From contig CM075994.1 in NCBI GenBank assembly GCA_038087875.1, positions 5,022,001 through 5,086,000 of the forward strand: a stretch of DNA of 64,000 bases. The letters run 5' to 3'. Source of the DNA: Malacoraja senta (Eukaryota). This document shows positions 13,401 through 23,446 of the stretch, in pieces. The translations under genes and the position numbers were made by a program. Position 1 is the first letter of the stretch. Each line of letters begins with the position of its first letter. The notes beneath the pieces were generated by a model, which saw only the letters and a list, made by a program, of their open reading frames with translations, searched no databases and had not been told where the DNA came from.

Positions 13401-15609
13401 AGTGATCTTCTCCGCTGTCCTCACCACTCTCGGTAGGGCCTTCTGGTCAGCAGCAGAGCAACTGCCATACCAGACTGAGAGACCGCTGGTAAGAATGCTC
13501 TCAATGGCACCCCTGTAAAAAGTTGTGAGGGCAGAAGGGGGGAGGTCGGCTGTGCTTTCTTGACTAGGGAGATGGTGTTGGTGGACCATGTCTGATCATC
13601 TGTGATGTGTACTCCCAGGAACTTGGTGCTTTTCACAGACTCCACCGCACTGCCATTTATGGTGAGTGGGTGTGTGCTGTCTGTTTCTTCCTGAAGTCCA
13701 CAGTTATTTATTTTGTTTTATTGACATTGAGTTGAAGGTTATTGATGTCACGCCAGTTGATGAGTTGTTGTACCTCCTCTCTGTAGGCTGATTCGTCATC
13801 GTGGCTGATGAGGCCCACCACTGTTGTGTCATCTGCGAACTTGATGATGTGGTTCGAGTTATGTTTGGCACAACAGTCATGTGTCATCAGCGTGAACAAC
13901 AGAGGGCTCAGCACACTTCCCTGTGGGACCCCGGTGTTCATGATGGTGGTCTCTGATGAGTTTTGCCAACTCTTACTGTCTGTGGTCTGTCGGTGAGGAA
14001 GTCCAGTAACCAGTTGCATAGTGGGGTGCTGATGCCTATTACGCCGTGTTTATTCACCAGGTGTTGGGGGATGACCGTGTTGAAGGCGGAGCTGAAATCG
14101 ATGAACAGCAACCGCACGTAACTGTTATTGTTTTCCAGATGAGCCAGGCTTAGGTGGAGTACTGTTGCTATGGCATCATCAGTGGAACGGTTGGGACGGT
14201 ATGCAAACTGGAATGGGTCAAGTGTAGAGGGGAGACTGGATGTTCTGTGGGCCTTAACCAACATTTCAAAGCACTTCATCATGATGGACGTGAGTGCTAT
14301 GGGCCGGTAGTCGTTCAGTGTTGAGGCTGGTAATTTCTTGGGTAGCGGTATGATGGTGGTGGCTTTGAAGCATGCTTATATGATGGCTTGGCTCAGAGAG
14401 GTATTGTAGATGTCCGTGAGAACATCTGTGAGTTGGTCAGGAAAGTCTCTGAGCACACGCCCCGGTATGTTGTCAGGACCTGCAGCTTTACTGGGGTTCA
14501 CCTTGAGTAGGGACCTCCGCACATCAGCTGGGTCCAGGTGAAGTGTTTCATGGTTTGGGCAGGGAGGGGCTTTTGTTGTTGTGGTCGTGTTGTCTTCCTC
14601 AAACCGGTTGAAGAATGTGTTAAGTGTGTTGAGGAAGTCTATGTTGTCCTCGCATGGTGGAGGTGTTGGCCTGTAGCCGGTGACAGACTGGATGCCTTGC
14701 CACAGGCGCTTAGGGTCCTTAGTGTCTGTGAAGTGTGCTTGAAAATCTGTCCATAGACACGCTTGGCTGTTCTCACGCCCCGGTTCAAGTTGGCCCTAGC
14801 AGTACTAAGGGCGTCTTTGTCCCCGGACTTGAATGCAGCATTCCGTGCTCTCAGGAGCTCACGTACCGCCCTGGTGAACCAGGGTTTGTTGTTGGCCCTC
14901 GTGGTGATGTTTTTGATGACGGTCACATCTTCCATGCATTTGAATATATATCCAGTCACAGATTCAGTGTATTCCGTCAAGTTGACATGAAGGTTGGTAG
15001 TGGCAGCCTCCCTAAAAACGGTCCAATCTGTGCAGTCGAAACAGTCTTTGAGAGCTGAGGTGGCTCCCTCTGGCCATGCTCTGATCTGCTTCATAGACGG
15101 CTTGTTCCTGGTCAATAGAGGTCTGTAAGCTGGAATTAGCATAACAGAGAGGTGGTCTGAGTTCCCCAGGTGGGGATGGGGAGCAGCTCTGAAAGCCTGT
15201 CTGATGTTGGTGTAGACTTGGTCGAGTATGTTATTTCCCCTGGTTGCAAAGTTCACATGTTTGTAATATTGTGGTAGTACTGTCTTCAGTTTGGCCTGAT
15301 TGAAATCGCCTGCGATTATGTAGACAGAGTCCGGGTTAGAGTTTTGCATTGAGCTGATCGACTGATACAATGTAGACAGTGCGTCCTTTGTGTTCGCACT
15401 GTGTGGAATGTATACAGCTGTGATGTTGATGGCTGTGAATTCCCTTGGCATGTAGAATGGTCGGCATTTAATTGTCAGAAATTATATATCCTCAGAACAG
15501 TGGCTTGACACAGTTTTGGCGTTTGTACGCCAGTTGGTATTGATAAAAATGCATACACCACCCCCCTAGATTTACCGCTGAGAGTATGACTCCTGTCCGC
15601 CCGGAATGA

Positions 15610-17620
15610 GAGAGATCTACAATAATTATAGGCAGCATGGAGTGAATGAGGTGCTTGAAGAGTATAAAGAATGTAAAAAGAATATTAAGACAGAAATTAG
15701 AAAAGCTAAAAGAAGATATGAGGTTGCTTTGGCAAGTAAGGTGAAAGTAAATCCAAAGGGTTTCTACAGCTTATTAATAGCAAAAGGATAACAAGGAATA
15801 AAATCGGTCCATTAGAGAGTCAGAGTGGACAGCTATCTGCAGAGCCAAAAGAGATGGGGGAGATATTGAACAATTTCTTTTCTTCGGTATTCACGAAGGA
15901 GAAGGATATGGAATTATGTGAGGTAAGAGAAACGAGCAGAGTAGCAATGGAAACTGTGAGATTCAAAGAAGAGGAGGTGCGGACACTTTTGAAAAATATG
16001 AAAACGGATAAGTCTCCAGGTCCTGACAGGATATTCCCTAGGACATTGAGGGAAGTTAGTGTAGAAATAGCAGGGGCTATGACAGAAATATTTCAAATGT
16101 CATTAGAAACGGGAATAGTGCCGGAGGATTGGCGTACTGCGCATGTTGTTCCGTTGTTTAAAAAGTGTTCGAAGAGTAAACCTAGCAATTATAGACCTGT
16201 TAGTTTGACGTCAGTGGTGGGCAAATTAATGGAAAGGATACTTAAAGATAATATATATAAGCATCTGGATAAGCAGGGTCTGATTAGGAACAGTCAACAT
16301 GGATTTGTGCCTGGAAGGTCATGCTTGACTAATCTTCTTGAATTTTTCGAAGAGGTTACTAGGGAAATTGATGAGGGTAAAGCAGTGGATGTTGTCTATA
16401 TGGACTTCAGTAAGGCCTTTGACAAGGTTCCTCATGGAAGGTTGGTTAAGAAGATTCAATTGTTGGGTATTAATGGTGGAGTAGCAAGATGGATTCAACA
16501 GTGGCTGAATGGGAGATGCCAGAGAGTAATGGTGGATGGCTGTTTGTCAGGTTGGAGGCCGGTGACTAGTGGCGTGCCTCAGGGGTCTGTGTTGGGTCCA
16601 CTGTTGTTTGTCATGTACATCAATGATCTGGATGAAGGTGTGGATAATTGGATTAGTAAGTATGCAGATGATACTAAGATAGGTGGTGTTGTGGATAATG
16701 AAGTAGATTTTCAAAGTCTACAGAGAGATTTAGGCCATTTGGAAGAGTGGGCTGAAAGATGGCAGATGGAGTTTAATGCTGACAAATGTGAGGTGCTACA
16801 TCTCGGCAGGACAAATCAAAATAGGACGTACACGGTAAATGGTAGCGAATTGAGGAATGCAGTTGAACAGAGGGATCTAGGAATAACTGTGCATAGTTCC
16901 CTGAAGGTGGAATCTCATGTAGATAGGGTGGTAAAGAAAGCTTTTGGTGTGCTGGCCTTTATAAATCAGAGCATTGAATATAGAAGTTGGGATGTAATGT
17001 TAAAATTGTACAAGGCATTGGTGAGGCCAATTCTGGTGTATGGATTACAATTTTGGTCGCCTAATTATAGGAAGGATGTCAACAAAATAGAGAGAGTACA
17101 GAGGAGATTTACTAGAATGTTGCCTGGGTTTCAGCAACTAAGCTACAGAGAAAGGTTGAACAAATTAGGTCTTTATTCTTTGGAGCGCAGAAGGTTAAGA
17201 GGGGACTTGATAGAGGTCTTTAAAATTATGAGCGGGTTAGACAGAGTGGACGTGGATAAGCTTTTCCCATTGAGAGTAGGGAAGATTCAAACAAGGGGAC
17301 ATGACTTGAGAATTAAGGGACAGAACTTTAGGGGGAACATTAGGGGGAACTTCTTTACTCAGAGAGTGGTAGCTGTGTGGAATGAGCTTCCAGTGGAAGT
17401 GGTGGAGGCAGGTTCGATGTTATCCTTTAAAAATAGATTGGATGGGTATATGGACGGGAAAGGAATGGAGGGTTATGGTCTGAGTGCAGGTAGATGGGAC
17501 AAGGGGGAAGTATTTTATTTTTAATTAAAAAAAAAAATAAAAAAAAATTATGTTCGGCACGGACTTGAAGGGCCGAGATGGCCTGTTTCCGTGCTGTTAT
17601 GGTTATATGATTATATGGTT
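15610..17620 (+). mobile_element. Young 5'-truncated CR1 LINE inserted in the Rex1 element
   Basis: AATGA target-site duplication (15605-15609 and 17621-17625); (tatatggt)n-like tail. Confidence 0.95.
15854..17524 (+). CDS. CR1 ORF2 reverse transcriptase and C-terminal part (556 aa, uninterrupted)
   Basis: KSPGPD, NYRPVSLTS, DFSKAFDKVPH, PQGSVLGP, YADD motifs. Confidence 0.93.
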   Translation: MGEILNNFFSSVFTKEKDMELCEVRETSRVAMETVRFKEEEVRTLLKNMKTDKSPGPDRIFPRTLREVSVEIAGAMTEIFQMSLETGIVPEDWRTAHVVPLFKKCSKSKPSNYRPVSLTSVVGKLMERILKDNIYKHLDKQGLIRNSQHGFVPGRSCLTNLLEFFEEVTREIDEGKAVDVVYMDFSKAFDKVPHGRLVKKIQLLGINGGVARWIQQWLNGRCQRVMVDGCLSGWRPVTSGVPQGSVLGPLLFVMYINDLDEGVDNWISKYADDTKIGGVVDNEVDFQSLQRDLGHLEEWAERWQMEFNADKCEVLHLGRTNQNRTYTVNGSELRNAVEQRDLGITVHSSLKVESHVDRVVKKAFGVLAFINQSIEYRSWDVMLKLYKALVRPILVYGLQFWSPNYRKDVNKIERVQRRFTRMLPGFQQLSYRERLNKLGLYSLERRRLRGDLIEVFKIMSGLDRVDVDKLFPLRVGKIQTRGHDLRIKGQNFRGNIRGNFFTQRVVAVWNELPVEVVEAGSMLSFKNRLDGYMDGKGMEGYGLSAGRWDKGEVFYF

Positions 17621-20600
17621 AATGATGTTAGTCCATCCAGCTGAATGGCGTTGTCCTAAACGGAGTTGTTGAGCCACGTCTCTGTGAGGATGATGGCGTT
17701 GCAGTCTCTGACCTTTCTTTGTGTAGTTAAATCCAGTCTAAGGTAGTCCATTTTGTTTTCCAGCGAACGAACGTTGGATAGCAGAATAGAAGGAAGTGCA
17801 GGTCTGTAGGGGTTAGCTTTTAGCCTGGCGCTGATACCCGCTCGGCTGCCCCGCTTGCTAGGTCCAGCACACCGCTTGCGCAGCAAGCTAGGTCTCACAC
17901 GGCGCGCGCACCGCCTCCAGTGTCGCCTCCAATGCCGACCTGTGATGGGAGGAGATTCCGCTGCCTTGCAGGCCCCTGGGTCTTGCCGGTGTAGGAAGCC
18001 AATATCGCAGAGTGCCTCGGGTTCCAAAGCCAGTGTAACTCCAGAAAGGTTAAAGTTTCTTAGTCCAAGTAGAGTTGTTCTGTTATATACTACTCTCACA
18101 CAAGACTGTGACAGTACAGACAACATATTGAACATAAAACGCACACCGCTATCGGGAGCTGGAGTAGCCGATGCCGTACAGGGCGCCGCCATCTTTTTTT
18201 TTTTTTTTTTTTTTTGTAGAATAATGGAAGGTGTTTCAACCAGAATTTGTCTGGAAGCATTAGAGACATTGCTAATCCACCATTCTATTTCCGTAATAGC
18301 TGCAATTGGCAATTGCATGGGGCTGTCGAAATGCCCTGAATGTATCCTTAATGCATGTACCTTTGCTCCCTGCAAATGCTGATAATGCAGTGGTCCAAAC
18401 TGTACAGCTGGAAAAGAAGCAATTAATTTGCCCAGCAAGCTTGCTACCTGCCTAATTGAGGGTTGGTGCTGTGTAATGAGCCTAATAAACCTTCAATTAA
18501 CTGCAGCCTTTTATCTTTAGGCAAAGTGATTACCATGTGTTCTGAATTAATGGTAAAATGCAAGTAATCCATTTCTGTGCTTGGTAATATTTTGGATTTA
18601 TCTGGGTGAATAATGAATGCCAGCATCTCGAAAGTGAGCTTAATTCTTGACACTGACGCTTCTGCTGTAGACAAAGTGTCTCCCACAATCAGAATAGCAT
18701 CCAAATAGGCCATTAGCAAATGGCCCTGAGCTCTCAGTAGTGCTAAAATTTGTTTTATTAAATTTGTAAAGAGTCTTGGAGCTGAAGTTAAACCATTAGG
18801 CAATGCTTTAAATTGCCATAATACATCTAAATTGTAAGTATTTCCGATCATTACCATGCACAGCCACAGAGAATTATGCATGTCGAAGATCTATGCTATC
18901 CATATAGCATTTTACACAATATTTCAAGTTCTGCCTGAATCTGCATATTCCCTTCTTTTGAGAAATCACGTGTCCGGCATGAAATATGCTGAGTAGGGGG
19001 ATCCAAATGTGGATAGAATTCACTTCTAAATCCCACAATAATGCACAGTATAAATGCATCATTTGTTATTTGTTGCCATTCTTTTAGTAAGAATTGTAAT
19101 CTTCCTCCAACTTGTGAGTGATAAACATTTAATATATCTCTTACCGGAACAGACCCACCTACCTCGGGATTTGCCGATGGCAAATGTTGTCCCCTGCTCT
19201 TAGTGGGAATACTGTGACCTCCACGCGTCCCAGGAGCAGTGCGCCAATAACGCGTATATGGGAAATACCGACTTGTTCCTTCTCCGGCTCCAGACATCCG
19301 CCTGTAGGGATACTGCCTTCGAGTTGATCTGCCAAGCACCGGTGGTTTCATCATTCCCACGGTTTTTGCTTCGTCATTCAGCTATTTTACGCTTTTGGCT
19401 AGATTCTCTCCAAAAAGCAGGTTAGGCAATTGAATGTTAGATGGTTTATAGAGCCCCGCAAACTTAGGATGAATATTAGGTCGTATGGCCCTCTTACGAA
19501 TACAGTTTATCTCAAAGTGCGTACTACACATGAGTGCTAAGGCATCCTGTTGTGATGCAGACACATGCTCCTCATCCAAACCTCAGGCGAAAGCCGTAAT
19601 GCCTGACTCCAGAAATTTCAACACCCGTTGTAATTTCATTTCTTGTGCGCGTACACCCATGCCCAACTAGCCCCATATTACGTTATTCACCGCTGGGACT
19701 GCTAGAAGTGCACAATTCTGCGGGGTTTCATATTTTTTGACTGTCTCATCCAATTGTTAATTCCCGGAGCTGATGGGAGAGCAAGTAATTTATAGTCATT
19801 GCTAATTCATCTACCAATGGTTCCCCTGTTAGTCTGGGAACAGCAAACTTTTGTGCCAGACCTGCTATTTTAGGCTGTGTTATTGGTCTCTGGTCCTCAT
19901 ATGATTCATCATCTGAATCTCGATGTTCCTCCTCATGATGGGGGAGATGCGGCATCGCTGTTTCAGGTGTTTCTAGCACTGGCTCCTCCATAGGCCAAAG
20001 CATAATAAATTCTTTATCAGGTTCTCCCGGCGCGGGCTCTCCTGTAGGCCCACGCATAGGCAGCCCTATTTCAGGTGCTGGTGGCGCTGGATCACCTGTA
20101 GGCCAACGCTTATACTGTCTTCCTTCAGACATTGTTGGTGCTGACACTCCTGTAGGCCAACGCATATGCTGCCTTTGTTCAGGCATTTCTGGCCGTGGCT
20201 CTCCTGTAGGCCAACGCTGTGCTAGACCCATCCAAGCCACTCCCTGCGATGGCTCTCCCATACGCCACACTGACTGTATTCCTCCTGATGTGTGTCTTGA
20301 TATATCATCTTTCCCATGAGGAATTTTAAACTAACGACCCGAGCAGCCATAACTTCTGACTGACGAGGGTTAACCTTCGGGTCTGACTCCTCAGAGTCTA
20401 CTGGTCGCACGGAATTTTGCCCGGCCATGCGCCCTAATGGCGCTGTAACGGTACTTTGTACCGCATCTGGAGTTGATTGCCTCTCTGCCACCGACTCCTC
20501 AAACGGACGCCAGCTACCCTCAGACCCGCGGTCTTCTTGAGGTTTACCTGCGGTACGTCTCCTTCCTCTACGCCCCCTCTCCATACTAACTTGTGTTGAA

Positions 20601-21611
20601 CTCCAATTACAAGTCCAACGAGAAAGGCGACCTGAAAGCGAAAGTGAAACCACTTACCTTCAGGTTTTTACTTACTCACCGCTTGGAGGAGTTTTGCTCC
20701 TCTACGCACGGTCACTGCGCTATGCGTCTGACGATATGACGCGTGTGCGGCTGGACGGGCTCTTTACGTAGTCACTCACGTGACTCCGAAGTAAAATCGG
20801 TCATTTGTTTAATCGCTTGCCTGCAAATAGTCGTCGGTAATCCCATGTTTCAGTTGGTACTACATATCAAGCTTTTTTTTTTTCAGAAGCAACATTTTCC
20901 ATGTATATTTCGCATGTATATGATAAAGTGCCAGGCATGTGAATATTCGATTTCCCAATGCAAATTATAGAGGAAACGACGGTCATCGTATCATTTACGC
21001 CAATTCTTGTTAATAATGGCATTAACATATCTATAGCATATGGACATGTAGGAATGCAGAGGTATGGATTATGTGAAGAAGGATGAGGGTTGGTCTTGGC
21101 ATCATGTCCCCACAGTTATTGTGATGGCTTATGACAGAAGGATGTCCTGCTCCTGGGCGGTGCTGTCCTATTTCTTATGTCGACTGAAAATGCTGGAATA
21201 ACTCAACGGAACAAGCAGCTGTTGTGAAAGGAAGGAATGGGTGACGTTTCGCGTCGAGAAACCTCTGCGTATACTCGTTGTACAGTGGAGGCAATGCCTT
21301 CAGTCCTGTATGGTCATCACCTCTCCGTCAATTTCCCCGACCCCTCCCAAACAATCATCATCGCTGTGATTATTAGCAATCCTAACTCCTTACGTATCCT
21401 ATGTCGACGTTCTTTAGATATGCTTCACCGGTGACAGAGCGAAAATTAAGTTCATTGAGGTAAGAAGGTAAGCAAACTACAGTAAGTACATTGTACTTAC
21501 TAGAGCACAAAACAACAAAGGAGAAACCCGTCGGCCCACGATGCACGCACAGACAACGACACCAGTCCAATCTAATCATATCTGCATACACTTGGTCAAT
21601 ACCCTCTAAAC

Positions 21612-21811
21612 CAAAGGTACCCAAGCCGAGGTAAATTTACCCCCATGGGGTAAGTTTCGCCCACCCAAGGGGGAAATTTGTTGATTATGGATTTGTACAT
21701 ATTTTTTCCTCATTGTTTGGTTATGGTATATCGGTATCTGTTCATCATCATTTGCTATGTGCTATTAAAGTTACCAAGGGCGAACGGAATGTAAAATATT
21801 CGGATTCCCTG
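21612..21811. mobile_element. hAT (Charlie-like) MITE, 200 bp
   Basis: Perfect 8-bp TSD CTCTAAAC at 21604-21611 and 21812-21819; degenerate CA...TG TIRs (caaaggtacccaa versus cagggaatccgaa). Confidence 0.75.
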
Positions 21812-22173
21812 CTCTAAACCCTTTACATTTAGCTGCCTATAGCAATACCTCTTGATTGTATGGAAAATATTTAGGTTGATATTTAATACAATACTGACGT
21901 TGATTATTAAATTCCGTGGAAACTGTCTATACTTTGGTTCATCCCATAATCGTCCCTATCAATAACTACATGACGAGCACAGAAATTATTAATAAAGTGT
22001 AAGAACTAAAGGTCTTTTCTACATATGACCTAAAGATTTTGACTTTTGTACGAAGCTAATACCAATGCGCCGGCAATGGATAAATTGAAATGAAACGGCT
22101 TCCATTTCAAATAAATAGAGAATGAAACTAACACCACATATAGCAACACACACAAATCGTTATTGTCACCGAC

Positions 22174-22209
22174 CTGGTATTTTCATGTAATTTTTAATTG
22201 CATCAAGTT
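22174..22209 (-). CDS. Candidate 36-nt phase-1 micro-exon (ELDAIKNYMKIP)
   Basis: atatttattctcag|AACTTGATGCAATTAAAAATTACATGAAAATACCAG|gtcggt; acceptor and start resemble exon 37371. Confidence 0.65.
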
Positions 22210-22347
22210 CTGAGAATAAATATTACCAGAACAGTCAATATATTTCAACATTAAATTTCTAGTTTTGATATTCAGATTTTATATGATTTTTGTGGTTGAA
22301 GCGAACGAATGATTTTCAAGTTAATAATGAAAAAATATATACAATTA

Positions 22348-22488
22348 NNNNNNNNNNNNNNNNNNNNNNNNNNNNNNNNNNNNNNNNNNNNNNNNNNNNN
22401 NNNNNNNNNNNNNNNNNNNNNNNNNNNNNNNNNNNNNNNNNNNNNNNNNNNNNNNNNNNNNNNNNNNNNNNNNNNNNNNNNNNNNNNN
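22348..22488. other. Assembly gap
   Basis: Run of N. Confidence 1.
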
Positions 22489-23049
22489 TTTCTGAATGTG
22501 TATAGCCATGTTATGCAGCGCATGGGTAACTCGACTTGCAAACAGGACATGAATTGAGCTCTTCAACGAAATACTGCAAAATGTTGGATTATCCGAAAGA
22601 ACGCCAATACCGTTGCATGCAAACTATGACAACGATAATTTTCGTGAATCAAATGAATGTCAAGCGGGTGCCGTGTTGACTTCCTTTCTCACTTTTCGGC
22701 AGCAGTGTATTTCTATATAAATTGATGCCAAGGGGGGAAAATTAAAAGAAGTAGAATACCATAGATGTTTATACCTTATCTTCCTTCCCCTCCCACTTCC
22801 ACAAACACGCGCACTCGCAATACTCCCAATAATGTATGATAATATAAATATAAGTAATCCTCTGTATTAACATTTCTGCTAGCACATGAAACAACAGTGA
22901 CGGCACGGACAGTATTAATTAAACAACAAATAACTGGCGACAAGTTTCTCGTTTTAAACCAGGAATAATTTTACTTTCTCACCGACATCCAGGCGGTTGC
23001 CGTAAAATATTATACATCACAATAAGCATCAATTAATTAATTAATTAAG

Positions 23050-23110
23050 TTATTCATTCATTTATTTATTCATTCCATCATTCCATCATTCATTCATTCA
23101 TTCATTCATT
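23050..23110. repeat. (TCAT)n microsatellite
   Basis: Direct observation. Confidence 0.9.
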
Positions 23111-23202
23111 TGATGTGTTTTAACACACAATAAGAATGACAAATGCATCGAAGTAGCGCCAGCCTTTACTGTGAGAAATATTGCATCGTAGATATACGTT
23201 AC

Positions 23203-23229
23203 CTTGCTTAGTTTGCTTGAAACTTTCTT
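23203..23229 (-). CDS. Candidate 27-nt phase-1 micro-exon (EESFKQTKQ)
   Basis: caattcaccatag|AAGAAAGTTTCAAGCAAACTAAGCAAG|gtaacg; ends CAAG like exon 36118. Confidence 0.7.
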
Positions 23230-23446
23230 CTATGGTGAATTGTATTTACGTTAGATGAATATTTGCCACCAGTACTAGAAATACCAGAATCCCGCATACA
23301 CACTATTACGTTGGCCATTTAGCTTCGTAAATTGACGTCGTGGACTTGATGTGATACGTTTAACTCTCCGACGATGTTGATAATTATCCAATATAGAATC
23401 GGCGTGCTTCAATGTAAGCAGATACACAAATGTAGTTATGTCGTTA

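Larger units (their letters stand above)
12905..18215 (-). mobile_element. Rex1/Babar-type LINE, near full length, inserted in DIRS RNase H region
   Basis: 5' AAGATGGCG start, APE endonuclease (NVRSLENK, LTETWL, GDFN, SDH), RT ([20 protein letters not shown]); 3' AATAAA followed by (TACTAT)n tail at 12905-12938. Confidence 0.92.
10708..20797 (-). mobile_element. DIRS1-type tyrosine-recombinase retrotransposon, full length but degenerate, interrupted by a LINE
   Basis: gag-like ORF1 (about 19200-20580), RT (LPNGLTSAPRLFT, YLD), RNase H (HINYL-type motif, QIDNTTAVAY), methyltransferase-like region (AFPP, PDWPTQPW), YR (HSPRAASTS, GW..F..YY); ICR at about 10945-11035 complementary to both termini; AAT at both ends. 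Confidence 0.95.

Noticed and set aside
22272-22566. ORFs spanning N runs (also about 49370-49700 and 58780-59380)
   Set aside because: Artefacts of assembly gaps.
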